From Candidatus Sungiibacteriota bacterium (GTDB taxonomy: Bacteria; Patescibacteriota; Minisyncoccia; Sungbacterales; HO2-52-23), in contig JACPYI010000027.1 in the NCBI GenBank assembly GCA_016196115.1, forward strand, positions 1-53,673: 53,673 nt of DNA. Direction: 5' to 3'. The translations under genes were made by a program, and so were the position numbers. Below are positions 38,388 through 47,070 of the stretch, one piece after another; the stretch's first letter is position 1, and each line of letters starts with the position of its first letter. The notes below the pieces were generated by a model. It saw only the letters and a list, made by a program, of their open reading frames with translations. It had not been told where the DNA came from and did not search any database.

Positions 38388-38543
38388 ATGAACAAAAAAA
38401 CTGTTACATTTATTGCCACTCAGTATAAAGACAAACCCGTAAAGGTTAGGTTTTATACTGAGGAGAAGGGGGAGATAAAATTTACCGATACAGAAAAAAT
38501 GCCCATAAAAGAGCGTGTTCAGCTTCGAGTGCGTAAGTCCTGA
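38388..38543 (+). CDS. small hypothetical protein (51 aa)
   Basis: MNKKTVTFIATQYKDKPVKVRFYTEEKGEIKFTDTEKMPIKERVQLRVRKS. Its stop lies 2 nt before the rusA-like ATG. Confidence 0.4.
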   Translation: MNKKTVTFIATQYKDKPVKVRFYTEEKGEIKFTDTEKMPIKERVQLRVRKS

Positions 38544-38545
38544 CC

Positions 38546-38983
38546 ATGGCAACTTTCGACTATCAGTTCGGTCTAACTGTAATTACTCCATCCAAACAAG
38601 ATAACAGAGAGGGCGAGAAAATTGCCGCCTTTAGGACTTTGGTTGAGAAAACGATAACCTCGGAAATTATGAAGTTGTCCATTTTTCCCTCTAAAAAAGA
38701 GGTGGCTGTTTTTATCATGCAGTTTTTCTTGAGTAAAAAAGATTATGATACTCGTGATGTAGACAATATGAGTAAAACTGTTATGGATTGTCTGAAGGGG
38801 AAACTCTATATTGATGATGTGCAAGTAAGAACGCTCTTAGTAAGCAAAAAGGTATCTCCTAGAGTTCCGAGCAATTTTATATTTGTTGGCATACGAGAAT
38901 TGCATGGAGAAACCGATATAGATGTTGTAAAATCAATGCTTATGCAACAAGCCATAACTCTTTATCAAACTTCTATTAAATAG
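38546..38983 (+). CDS. rusA: RusA-like Holliday junction resolvase
   Basis: 145 aa. DVDNMSKTVMDCLKGKLYIDDVQV matches the RusA D-x-DN-x-x-K...D-x-L...DD signature. AT-rich context. Confidence 0.7.
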   Translation: MATFDYQFGLTVITPSKQDNREGEKIAAFRTLVEKTITSEIMKLSIFPSKKEVAVFIMQFFLSKKDYDTRDVDNMSKTVMDCLKGKLYIDDVQVRTLLVSKKVSPRVPSNFIFVGIRELHGETDIDVVKSMLMQQAITLYQTSIK

Positions 38984-39027
38984 CATATTCACTACGAAAA
39001 ACATTAATCACTTAACTTAAATGACCT

Positions 39028-41016
39028 ATGCTTATTTTCCCCATTATCACCTCCATCATTTCCATCATATTCGCATTGGTCCTGGCCCGGTTTATCAAGC
39101 GCTATCCCAGCGGAGAGGGCAAGCAGATCGAGATTTGGAATGCGATCAAAGAGGGTTCGCACGCCTTTCTCAAACGGCAAACCATGTCCGTTGCCGTGGT
39201 CGCGGCAGTTTTGTTTGTGCTGATCGTGATCTTTCTGAAAAGCTGGACCACCGGTTTTGGTTTTTTGGTGGGCGCAGTGGCATCGGCGCTTGCCGGGTAT
39301 CTTGGCATGATGACTGCGGTTGATGCGAACGTGCGCACCACCGAGGCCGCGAAATCAGGCATGCAGCGCGCATTCAAAGTCGCATTCCTGGGCGGATCGG
39401 TCACGGGATTTCTGGTGGTGGGGCTTGGGCTTTTCTCGGTCAGTATGTTCTATCTGCTCACGCGCGACATCACAGCGCTCATCGGGCTTGGATTCGGCGG
39501 CTCGCTCATCTCCGTGTTCGCGCGTCTGGGCGGCGGTATCTATACCAAAGGCGCGGATGTGGGCGCGGATCTCGTAGGCAAGGTTGAAGCGGGCATTCCC
39601 GAAGACGATCCAAGAAATCCTGCGGTGATTGCCGACAATGTGGGCGACAATGTGGGTGATTGTGCGGGCATGGCTGCGGACTTGTTTGAAACATACGCAG
39701 TTACGGCAATCGCCGCCATGCTGCTCGGCTCGCTTACGTTTCCTGACCGGGACATATTCATCATGCTGCCGCTCATGATCGGCGGCATTGCGATCATCGC
39801 GTCCGTCATCGGCGTGTTTTTTGTAAAAATCGGCAAACGGGGCTCAATCATGGGAGGGCTGTATCGCGGGCTCATTGCCTCCTCCGCATTCATGATCGTG
39901 CTGCTCTGGCCCACACTCTCCCTTGTTTTGCAGGATCGGGAGCTTGCGCAAAAATATTTTCTTGTCTCGCTTGTCGGTCTTGCAGTTACCTTTCTCATGG
40001 TGGTCGCGACCGAATACTACACCTCGAAAAAATTCCGCCCGGTGCGCTCCATCGCCCGCGCGTCAGTAACCGGACACGGCACCAATATGATTATCGGGCT
40101 TGCCTTCTCGCTTGAGGCGACCGCATTTCCGATCGTCGTGATCTCGGCGGGCATGCTCATCGCATCGCTCATTGCCGGACTCTACGGGGTCGCGATTGCG
40201 GCTATGGCCATGCTCTCCATGGCAGGCATTATTGTCGCGATAGACGCGTTCGGCCCCATCACCGACAACGCAGGCGGGATTGCCGAAATGGCCGGACTTC
40301 CGGAAGAGGTGCGGCAGGTTACCGATCCGCTCGATGCCGTGGGCAACACGACCAAAGCCATTACCAAAGGATACGCGATTGCATCAGCCGGACTTGCTGC
40401 CATGGTGCTGTTTGGATCGTACGTTGCGGAACTCAACTTTTATCACAAAGCCGTTTCGTTTGATCTGTCCGATCCATACATTCTCGTGGGTCTTTTTATC
40501 GGCGGCATGATGCCCTACCTGTTTGCGTCCATTGCCATGCGCGCCGTAGGCAAAGCAGCTGGATCGGTGGTTGAAGAAGTACGCAGGCAGTTCCGCGAGA
40601 TCAAAGGCATTATGGAGGGTACGGCCAAACCGCAGTATGACAAAGCGGTGGACATCGTAACCAAAGCCGCGCTTCGCGAAATGATCCTGCCCGCACTCAT
40701 CCCGCTCGTGGTACCGGTGCTCCTTGTCATTATCCTTGGCGCAAACGGTTCCAAGGCGCTGGGCGGCCTGCTGGTCGGCACCATCGTGACCGGCATGTTT
40801 GTCGCCATCTCCATGACGAGCGGAGGCGCTGCGTGGGACAACGCCAAAAAATACATCGAGGAGGGCAACTACGGCGGCAAAAAATCCCCGGCGCACCAGG
40901 CCGCCGTAACCGGCGACACCGTAGGCGACCCGTACAAAGACACCGCAGGTCCTGCCATCAACCCCATGATCAAAATCGTCAACATCGTGGCGCTGCTGAT
41001 CGCGCGGCTACTGTAG
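39028..41016 (+). CDS. hppA: membrane-integral pyrophosphatase (K+-independent signature)
   Basis: 662 aa polytopic protein with [38 protein letters not shown] and [13 protein letters not shown]. Confidence 0.95.
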   Translation: MLIFPIITSIISIIFALVLARFIKRYPSGEGKQIEIWNAIKEGSHAFLKRQTMSVAVVAAVLFVLIVIFLKSWTTGFGFLVGAVASALAGYLGMMTAVDANVRTTEAAKSGMQRAFKVAFLGGSVTGFLVVGLGLFSVSMFYLLTRDITALIGLGFGGSLISVFARLGGGIYTKGADVGADLVGKVEAGIPEDDPRNPAVIADNVGDNVGDCAGMAADLFETYAVTAIAAMLLGSLTFPDRDIFIMLPLMIGGIAIIASVIGVFFVKIGKRGSIMGGLYRGLIASSAFMIVLLWPTLSLVLQDRELAQKYFLVSLVGLAVTFLMVVATEYYTSKKFRPVRSIARASVTGHGTNMIIGLAFSLEATAFPIVVISAGMLIASLIAGLYGVAIAAMAMLSMAGIIVAIDAFGPITDNAGGIAEMAGLPEEVRQVTDPLDAVGNTTKAITKGYAIASAGLAAMVLFGSYVAELNFYHKAVSFDLSDPYILVGLFIGGMMPYLFASIAMRAVGKAAGSVVEEVRRQFREIKGIMEGTAKPQYDKAVDIVTKAALREMILPALIPLVVPVLLVIILGANGSKALGGLLVGTIVTGMFVAISMTSGGAAWDNAKKYIEEGNYGGKKSPAHQAAVTGDTVGDPYKDTAGPAINPMIKIVNIVALLIARLL

Positions 41017-41075
41017 TCTGATAGCAGCATTTTACATGTCGAGAGTTTTTATAAAATAAAAGAGAGGATAAAAAT

Positions 41076-41384
41076 ATGAAAGACAATATAATGACACCTG
41101 AAGGATCAGAAGAGGATCAAAGAAAATCAGCATACGAGGCAGGACAACAGGCGGCACTTGCCGAACTGGATGCGCAGATATCTACTGCCGATACTGGGCA
41201 TTTGGGTAAAAGCAGATTGGAAAGTTTGTACAGTCGAGCGGAACAACGGACGAAAATCATGGAACGGGAATTTTATGAAAGACGAGGCGCATCCCTTTCC
41301 GACAAGAGTCAGAGAGTATTGGATGGGAGGTATAATTTGAAGAATAGCGTACGCGTGGAAGAAAATCCACCAGATCGTCACTGA
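41076..41384 (+). CDS. hypothetical protein
   Basis: 102 aa, charged, helical-looking, no recognised motif. Confidence 0.45.
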   Translation: MKDNIMTPEGSEEDQRKSAYEAGQQAALAELDAQISTADTGHLGKSRLESLYSRAEQRTKIMEREFYERRGASLSDKSQRVLDGRYNLKNSVRVEENPPDRH

Positions 41385-41464
41385 AGAATTGTACCGCAGA
41401 ACCAGCCAATTTTAGTCGTCTCATGATAGGTTGACGAAAATTTTCGGAGGGTTATTATGGAAAT

Positions 41465-41704
41465 ATGAAAAAGCGCACGGAAACAATTTATCAATTTGAC
41501 GCCATCTTTGATCCGAACGGCGTGGGGTATACGGTGACTGTTCCGAAATTGCCGGGACTGGTAACCGAAGGCGACTCACTCAAAGAAGCGCGAGAAATGG
41601 CAAAAGACGCCATTCGCTGTTATCTTGGAAGCATTCTGAAGGAAAGACTGATGTCGGTTTTTCCGAAAGCGAGATTGAGACAAAGGATTAAAGTGATCGC
41701 ATAA
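41465..41704 (+). CDS. hicB: HicB-family antitoxin (short form)
   Basis: 79 aa. YQFDAIF...GYTVTVPKLPGLVTEGDSLKEAREMAKDAIRCYL is typical of the HicB/UPF0150 fold. Confidence 0.8.
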   Translation: MKKRTETIYQFDAIFDPNGVGYTVTVPKLPGLVTEGDSLKEAREMAKDAIRCYLGSILKERLMSVFPKARLRQRIKVIA

Positions 41705-41708
41705 GCAC

Positions 41709-41936
41709 ATGCCAAAACTTCCTCGCATACCTTCCGCTTTGGTAATTCGGGCTCTCAAACGGGCTCGTTTTTATGAGTTTCACCAAGTTGGCAGCCATGT
41801 GCAGTTGCGTCATCCGGTTCATCTGCACCTGAGAGTTACCATACCTTTTCATCATAAAGACCTAACGCCTAAAACATTGCAATCTATTATCAAACAAGCG
41901 GATATGTCCGTAGAAGAGTTTCTTACGTTTCTCTGA
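41709..41936 (+). CDS. hicA: HicA-family mRNA interferase toxin
   Basis: 75 aa. PKLPRIPSALVIRALKRARFYEFHQVGSHVQLRHP is typical of HicA/YcfA. Starts 4 nt after hicB. Confidence 0.8.
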   Translation: MPKLPRIPSALVIRALKRARFYEFHQVGSHVQLRHPVHLHLRVTIPFHHKDLTPKTLQSIIKQADMSVEEFLTFL

Positions 41937-41965
41937 CATTTCGTTTGATTTTTGGGCACATTTTT

Positions 41966-42070
41966 ATGAACTTCACCACGCAAAAACTTCCCAAATCGCA
42001 GGTTGAAATTCTGGTTACGCTTCCCTTCTCCGAATTCGAGCTGCACGCTACACTTGACAAGATTGCATGA
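41966..42070 (+). pseudogene. diverged duplicate of the tig 5' end (34 codons)
   Basis: MNFTTQKLPKSQVEILVTLPFSEFELHATLDKIA* compared with the tig N-terminus MDYILKKLPKSQIEILVTLPFSEFEPHVKKAA. A 25-nt block is identical at 42017-42041 and 42583-42607. Confidence 0.7.
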
Positions 42071-42138
42071 CTTGATATATCATAAGGACGTTAACCCCAC
42101 TGTCCGTCCCGCTTCGGCGAGACGGCAGTCTTCATTTG

Positions 42139-42147
42139 TGATATAAT
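42139..42147 (+). promoter_or_regulatory. extended -10 element (TGaTATAAT)
   Basis: A perfect TATAAT (42142-42147) with TG one base upstream, 9 nt before ATG 42157. No convincing -35. Confidence 0.3.
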
Positions 42148-42156
42148 CGGACTATT

Positions 42157-42522
42157 ATGCGAGCTTTTATCTTTATAGACGGAAACAATTTCTATTTCAA
42201 ACTCCGTGCTCTCACGGATCGTCTCGATGGGAAACACAGACCAATGAATTTCAATTTCCGGACTTTCTCCGAATGGCTGGCGCGACCAAATACCCTTGAG
42301 GGCATTTCCTATTATATTGGCGCAGTCAGCCAGCAAAATAACAATGAAAAGAGCAAAAAAATGTTTGCTGACCAGCAACGGCTTTTAATGAAACTTCAAA
42401 AACAGAAAGTGTCTGCCGTTCTCGGCCATCTCATACGCCATCCCGACAAAACGTATCACGAAAAGGGCGTTGATGTCCGTCTGCTTCGGCCCGAGGAAAT
42501 TCAGCAATTTTTTGAACAGTAA
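42157..42522 (+). CDS. NYN/LabA-like domain protein, C-terminally truncated
   Basis: MRAFIFIDGNNFYFKL...EKGVDVRL matches the NYN N-terminal Asp motif and the KGVD block. The ORF ends shortly after, so the usual SGDSDF region is missing. Confidence 0.6.
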   Translation: MRAFIFIDGNNFYFKLRALTDRLDGKHRPMNFNFRTFSEWLARPNTLEGISYYIGAVSQQNNNEKSKKMFADQQRLLMKLQKQKVSAVLGHLIRHPDKTYHEKGVDVRLLRPEEIQQFFEQ

Positions 42523-42531
42523 ATTTTTCCT

Positions 42532-43842
42532 ATGGATTATATTCTAAAAAAACTCCCCAAATCGCAAATAGAAATACTTGTCACGCTTCCCTTCTCCGAA
42601 TTCGAGCCGCATGTGAAAAAGGCGGCGGCTTTAATTTCGGGGACCGCCAAGATCGAAGGGTTTCGGCCGGGCAAGGCGCCATATGATGTGGTAAAGAATC
42701 ATGTGGGCGAGCACGCGATTTACGAACGCGCGGCCGAGGAGGCGGTGCGGCATACATGGGGCGAGATCATCAAGCAGGTTCTCGGCCAAGAGCCGTTCGC
42801 GAGCCATCCGTTTATCGGCAGGCCGGATATTACGGTTATAAAACTGGCGCCGGGCAATGAGTTTGTGTATAAAGTAACGGCAAGCTACGTGCCGGAAGTA
42901 AAATTACCCGATGACTACGGGGTAATTGCCAAACGCGCTCGAAAAGACAAAAAAGAAGTCGGGGTCGAAGAGGGAGAAGTGCAAAAAACACTTGATTGGA
43001 TTCGGGAATCGCGATCGGAGTTAATTGTAGTCGAGCGCACGGCCGCACTGGGCGATGCGGTGGAGATTGATTTTGAGATGCGTCACGGCGGAGTCAAGAT
43101 CGAATCAGGTGAGGGCCGGGATCACTCCTTTATACTGGGCAAAGCGAAATTTGTTCCCGGATTCGAAGATGCGCTCGTGGGCATGAAAACCGGAGAAGAA
43201 AAAACATTTACCTTGGTTGTACCAGGCGACTGGCGCGATGCGTCGCTTAGCGGCAAAGCCCTTGATACCAACGTGAAAATGCGCTCGGTCAAGGAGCGGA
43301 AGCTGCCGGAGTTGAACGACGAGTTCGCGAAAAAGCTTGGCGCATTCGAATCCGTGGGCGAGCTCAAAAAGAACATTCATGAGGGCATCACCGAGGAGAA
43401 AAAAGAAAAAGAAAAACAGCGCATACGCATCATGATTGTGGACGAGATTGCTAATAAAGCGGAAATGGACGTGCCTGACATTCTTATCGCGTCGGAGATC
43501 GAAAAGATGCTCGGCGAGATCAAATCCGGAGTTGAGCAGATGGGCATGCAATTTGATGATTACCTGCAGCACATCGGCAAAACCGTCGAGGAATTAAAAA
43601 CGACCTGGCAGGACGAGGCAGTGCGCCGCGTATGTACTGCCCTGGTGCTTCGCGAGATCGGCCATCGGGAAAAAATTGAACCGGCTCTGGAGGAAGTCGA
43701 GGACGCCGTACAAAAATACATCCGGCAATTCCCCGCCCCGGAAGATGCCAAAAAAGCCATCAACCCCGACGACCTCCGCGCCCATGTTGCCGGAATCCTC
43801 CGCAACGAAAAAGTATTTGAATTTTTGGAGAATATGGAGTAG
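42532..43842 (+). CDS. tig: trigger factor
   Basis: 436 aa with an N-terminal ribosome-binding region (GFRPGKAP), a central FKBP-like region and a C-terminal arm domain. Followed by clpP, as in many bacteria. Confidence 0.95.
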   Translation: MDYILKKLPKSQIEILVTLPFSEFEPHVKKAAALISGTAKIEGFRPGKAPYDVVKNHVGEHAIYERAAEEAVRHTWGEIIKQVLGQEPFASHPFIGRPDITVIKLAPGNEFVYKVTASYVPEVKLPDDYGVIAKRARKDKKEVGVEEGEVQKTLDWIRESRSELIVVERTAALGDAVEIDFEMRHGGVKIESGEGRDHSFILGKAKFVPGFEDALVGMKTGEEKTFTLVVPGDWRDASLSGKALDTNVKMRSVKERKLPELNDEFAKKLGAFESVGELKKNIHEGITEEKKEKEKQRIRIMIVDEIANKAEMDVPDILIASEIEKMLGEIKSGVEQMGMQFDDYLQHIGKTVEELKTTWQDEAVRRVCTALVLREIGHREKIEPALEEVEDAVQKYIRQFPAPEDAKKAINPDDLRAHVAGILRNEKVFEFLENME

Positions 43843-43854
43843 GATATAAACATT

Positions 43855-44478
43855 ATGAACAACCAACACCAAATCACCAATCAATACCTTATCCCCACCG
43901 TGATTGAGAAATCGCAGTTTGGGGAGCGGGCGTATGACATTTATTCGCGGCTTTTGAAGGAGCGGATTGTTTTTCTTGGCGGGGTGATCAATGATCCAGT
44001 GGCAAACGCCATTATCGCGCAGTTGTTGTTTCTTGAGTCCGAGGATGCGAAAAAGGATATTAAGATTTATATTAACTCGCCGGGCGGGTCCGTGTCGTCC
44101 GCGCTTGCGATCTACGACACCATGCAATACGTGAAGCCGGACGTGTCCACCATCTGCATCGGCATGGCCGCATCCGGAGCAGCTCTCCTGCTTGCCTCAG
44201 GCGCCAAGGGCAAGCGCTTTGCCCTGCCCAACGCCGAAGTACTCATCCACCAGGTCATGGCCGGCGGCATTGAAGGCCAGGCAACCGAGATTGAAATTTC
44301 CGCGCGCCACATCCTCAAACTCAAAGATCGCCTCAACCAAATCCTCGCCCGCCACACTGGCAAACCCGTCGGACAGGTTGAAAAAGATACGGATCGCGAT
44401 AACTACATGGACGTTGAGGAGGCAAAAAAATACGGCATTATCGACGAGGTGATCAAGCGGAAAGCAAACGGAAAGTAA
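43855..44478 (+). CDS. clpP: ATP-dependent Clp protease proteolytic subunit
   Basis: 207 aa. ERIVFLGG..., catalytic Ser context [11 protein letters not shown], His in VLIHQ. Confidence 0.95.
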   Translation: MNNQHQITNQYLIPTVIEKSQFGERAYDIYSRLLKERIVFLGGVINDPVANAIIAQLLFLESEDAKKDIKIYINSPGGSVSSALAIYDTMQYVKPDVSTICIGMAASGAALLLASGAKGKRFALPNAEVLIHQVMAGGIEGQATEIEISARHILKLKDRLNQILARHTGKPVGQVEKDTDRDNYMDVEEAKKYGIIDEVIKRKANGK

Positions 44479-44479
44479 A

Positions 44480-46093
44480 CTACTGTTTCAACAGTACAGC
44501 AAGCAAGCTCTCCCCGGTCATCTCTTTTGGTTTGGGAAGGTCGAGGAGGTCGAGGACGGTCGGGGCGACGTCGGTGAGTACGCCTTCAGTCTGACTTTTT
44601 TGCCGGGCGATTTGTTCGTCGGTGCGCGGCGCGGGGCGCTTGAATTGCTTGCCGACCAGGTAGAGCGGCACCGGATTGATCGAGTGCTCGGTGAGGGGCT
44701 CGCCAGAAATCGTGTTGCGTTTCCGCTCGATATTGCCGTGGTCTCCGGTAATGAGCATGACGCCGTTGCCTCCGGACAGTGCGTTCATAATCGTGCTGAT
44801 CGCCTCGTCGAGTATCTCGGCGGCCTGCACGGATGCTTTGAAATCGCCGGTGTGCCCAACCATGTCGGCGTTCGCGAAGTTTGCAATGATCACGTCGCTG
44901 GTCGCGAGATGCTCGAGAATCGCGGCGGTGACTTCAGCGGCGCTCATTGCCGGGACGTCATTGAAGTGGCTGCTTGTGATCGAGGGTATGAGGATGCGCC
45001 TCTCTCCGGGAAATTCCTGTTCCACTCCTCCATTGAAAAAATACGTCACGTGCGCATATTTCTGCGTCTCGGCAATGTGCGCGTGCGTGAGTCCTGCGTC
45101 TCCGATCGCGCGCGACAGAGGCCATTCGATGTCGAGCGAGGGAAAGGCAATGGACACCGGTAAGCCCTTTTGATATTCGGTCATGGTGACGATGTCCAAC
45201 CCCATGATTTTCCGGCGCGGGAATTTGTCAAACACCTCGTCGCTGAACGCATGCGTGATCTCGCGCATGGAATCCTCGCGAAAATCCGTAAAAATAAGCG
45301 CGTCATTGTCGCGGATGAGCGCCAGCGGCTTGTTCTGCTCGGAATCAGCAGCTTCGTTCGTATTTTTCTGCGTCACGAATGCCGGTTCGATAAACTCGTC
45401 GAAAATTCCGCTCTCGTACGATGCGGCCAGGTATGCGCTTGCCGAGTTGATGGGCGTGCCCTTTCCCTGGGTGAGCAGATCATATGCTGTCTCCACGCGC
45501 TTCCACTGCTCGTCCCGATCAAGCGCAAAAGATCTGCCGATAATCGTTGCGATCGCTGTATTGGGCCAGTCAGTCGCGAGGCGCTTTTCAATCCTCGCGA
45601 TGAACACGGCGCCCTCATTGGGCGGCGCATCCTTGCCGTCAGAAAATATGTGCAGGTAGACGCGGGGCACCTGCCTTTCTTTGAGTAGATCAAGAAGCGC
45701 GTAGAGATGATCCACGTACGCGTGCACCGAACCGGAAGAGACCAGTCCGGCAATATGCAGATTAGTATTATTTTTGATCACGTACTCGGCTGCCTGCACC
45801 AGTGCGGGATTTTCAAAAAACGAACCGTCGTGGATCGAGGTGATGATCCGCGGCAGATGGTGGTAGATCACGCGTCCCGCCCCTATGGTCAGGTGCCCGA
45901 CCTCCGAGTTGCCTGCCTCGCCCCATGGCAACCCAACTGCACCGCCCGATGCCTGCAGCGTCGTGAACGGATAATTTTGCTCAATGGCATGAAAAGTCGG
46001 AAGCCGCGCCTCGGCCAGCGGATTCCCTTCTTTCTCAAGCGAAATCCCGAACCCGTCGAGGATGATCAGTAAGAGAGGTTTTGGTCGCGTCAT
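44480..46093 (-). CDS. gpmI: 2,3-bisphosphoglycerate-independent phosphoglycerate mutase
   Basis: LLLIILDGFG, NSEVGHLTIGAGR and ITGDHGN motifs. Start set to ATG 46093 (MTRPKPLLL), which overlaps the upstream stop (ATGA). Confidence 0.95.
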   Translation of the reverse strand: MTRPKPLLLIILDGFGISLEKEGNPLAEARLPTFHAIEQNYPFTTLQASGGAVGLPWGEAGNSEVGHLTIGAGRVIYHHLPRIITSIHDGSFFENPALVQAAEYVIKNNTNLHIAGLVSSGSVHAYVDHLYALLDLLKERQVPRVYLHIFSDGKDAPPNEGAVFIARIEKRLATDWPNTAIATIIGRSFALDRDEQWKRVETAYDLLTQGKGTPINSASAYLAASYESGIFDEFIEPAFVTQKNTNEAADSEQNKPLALIRDNDALIFTDFREDSMREITHAFSDEVFDKFPRRKIMGLDIVTMTEYQKGLPVSIAFPSLDIEWPLSRAIGDAGLTHAHIAETQKYAHVTYFFNGGVEQEFPGERRILIPSITSSHFNDVPAMSAAEVTAAILEHLATSDVIIANFANADMVGHTGDFKASVQAAEILDEAISTIMNALSGGNGVMLITGDHGNIERKRNTISGEPLTEHSINPVPLYLVGKQFKRPAPRTDEQIARQKSQTEGVLTDVAPTVLDLLDLPKPKEMTGESLLAVLLKQ

Positions 46094-46383
46094 TGCGGAG
46101 GGATTTCTTTGAATCTGGGCTGCGTTGTAGGAGTCGGGGCGGGCGTAGGAGTCGGGGTTGGAGATGGTGGTGGAGTGGTACCATCCGGAACCCATTTCGC
46201 AATGTAATGCGGGGTTCCGGAGCCCATAATCAGGGTGTTGGCCTGCGTGTCCGATGAGAAGAACCGGTTATACGCCGCAAAAACGGCAAGGAGAATGCCC
46301 AACGCGATAATTCCGTGAATAAATCTCCGGAGCGGGGTGCGACGCCAATTGTCATAATGCGCATAATAAGATTGATCAGTCAT
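46090..46383 (-). CDS. hypothetical membrane protein with a Pro/Thr-rich tail
   Basis: 97 aa, one TM helix, C-terminal TPPPSPTPTPTPAPTPTT. Translationally coupled to gpmI. Confidence 0.5.
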   Translation of the reverse strand: MTDQSYYAHYDNWRRTPLRRFIHGIIALGILLAVFAAYNRFFSSDTQANTLIMGSGTPHYIAKWVPDGTTPPPSPTPTPTPAPTPTTQPRFKEIPPQ

Positions 46384-46410
46384 ATAAGTCAGAAAAACTG
46401 TTCAGCTTTT

Positions 46411-47052
46411 TTAGCGCGGCGGGCTCGCGAGCGGCGCCGGGATCAGAATCGGGGCCGGAACGGCGCCGATTCTGGGTCGTTGGGAAGAGACCGCATTCGT
46501 GATGCGGATTTCCTGCGCGCTAAATTTGAGCGTGGTCTTGATGTTTTCAGCCGCGGTAACATTGATGCCGTCTCCGACATGCAGGTCTTGAGGCAATATG
46601 GTCTGATCTTGAAAAGGCAAAGGCGGGGCCGGCAGAAAGCCGGGAGCCGGCCCGGTTCCGGGCCTGGGAGCTGACGCGACTGCCTTCGTTTTGACGAGGA
46701 ATTTCTGGTATGCGGCAAACTCTTGTTTAAGAACTTTCGGATCCTTGGGCACGCTCTTAATGATTTTTGTGTCGCGTCCGATCGCAATCGCGCGGATTTT
46801 TGGCAGATCGTCAAACGGATTGGCCGATGAGACCTCAACCGTGAGCGTTGACCCCTGTATCGCCGCTACTCTTCCGGAAAGCGCGCGGATTTGAGACGGC
46901 ACGGCAAGCATGGGGTACATCCTTTGCGCCTGTTCAATCTGTGAGTGCAGTTTTTGAATTTCTGCGGACGTGATGTATTTTCCGATCCAAAATCCTCCGC
47001 CAAAGCCGATGAGGAGAGCGACAAAAAAAGCAAGAAGTTTTTTTTGTTCCAT
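46411..47052 (-). CDS. hypothetical membrane-anchored protein
   Basis: 213 aa, N-terminal TM helix, no recognised motif. Confidence 0.55.
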   Translation of the reverse strand: MEQKKLLAFFVALLIGFGGGFWIGKYITSAEIQKLHSQIEQAQRMYPMLAVPSQIRALSGRVAAIQGSTLTVEVSSANPFDDLPKIRAIAIGRDTKIIKSVPKDPKVLKQEFAAYQKFLVKTKAVASAPRPGTGPAPGFLPAPPLPFQDQTILPQDLHVGDGINVTAAENIKTTLKFSAQEIRITNAVSSQRPRIGAVPAPILIPAPLASPPR

Positions 47053-47070
47053 GATCCTTTCTGGTAATAA

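Noticed and set aside
37960-38552. Three minus-strand ORFs (96, 108 and 99 aa) in the AT-rich islet
   Set aside because: Their composition is hydrophobic, Phe/Ile-rich and junk-like, and they oppose the direction of the flanking plus-strand genes and the coupled small-ORF/rusA pair. This was not resolved rigorously, so the plus-strand calls there also carry low confidence.
42091-42378. 95-aa minus-strand ORF
   Set aside because: It is antisense to the NYN-like ORF, which has a recognisable N-terminal motif and a strong -10 element.
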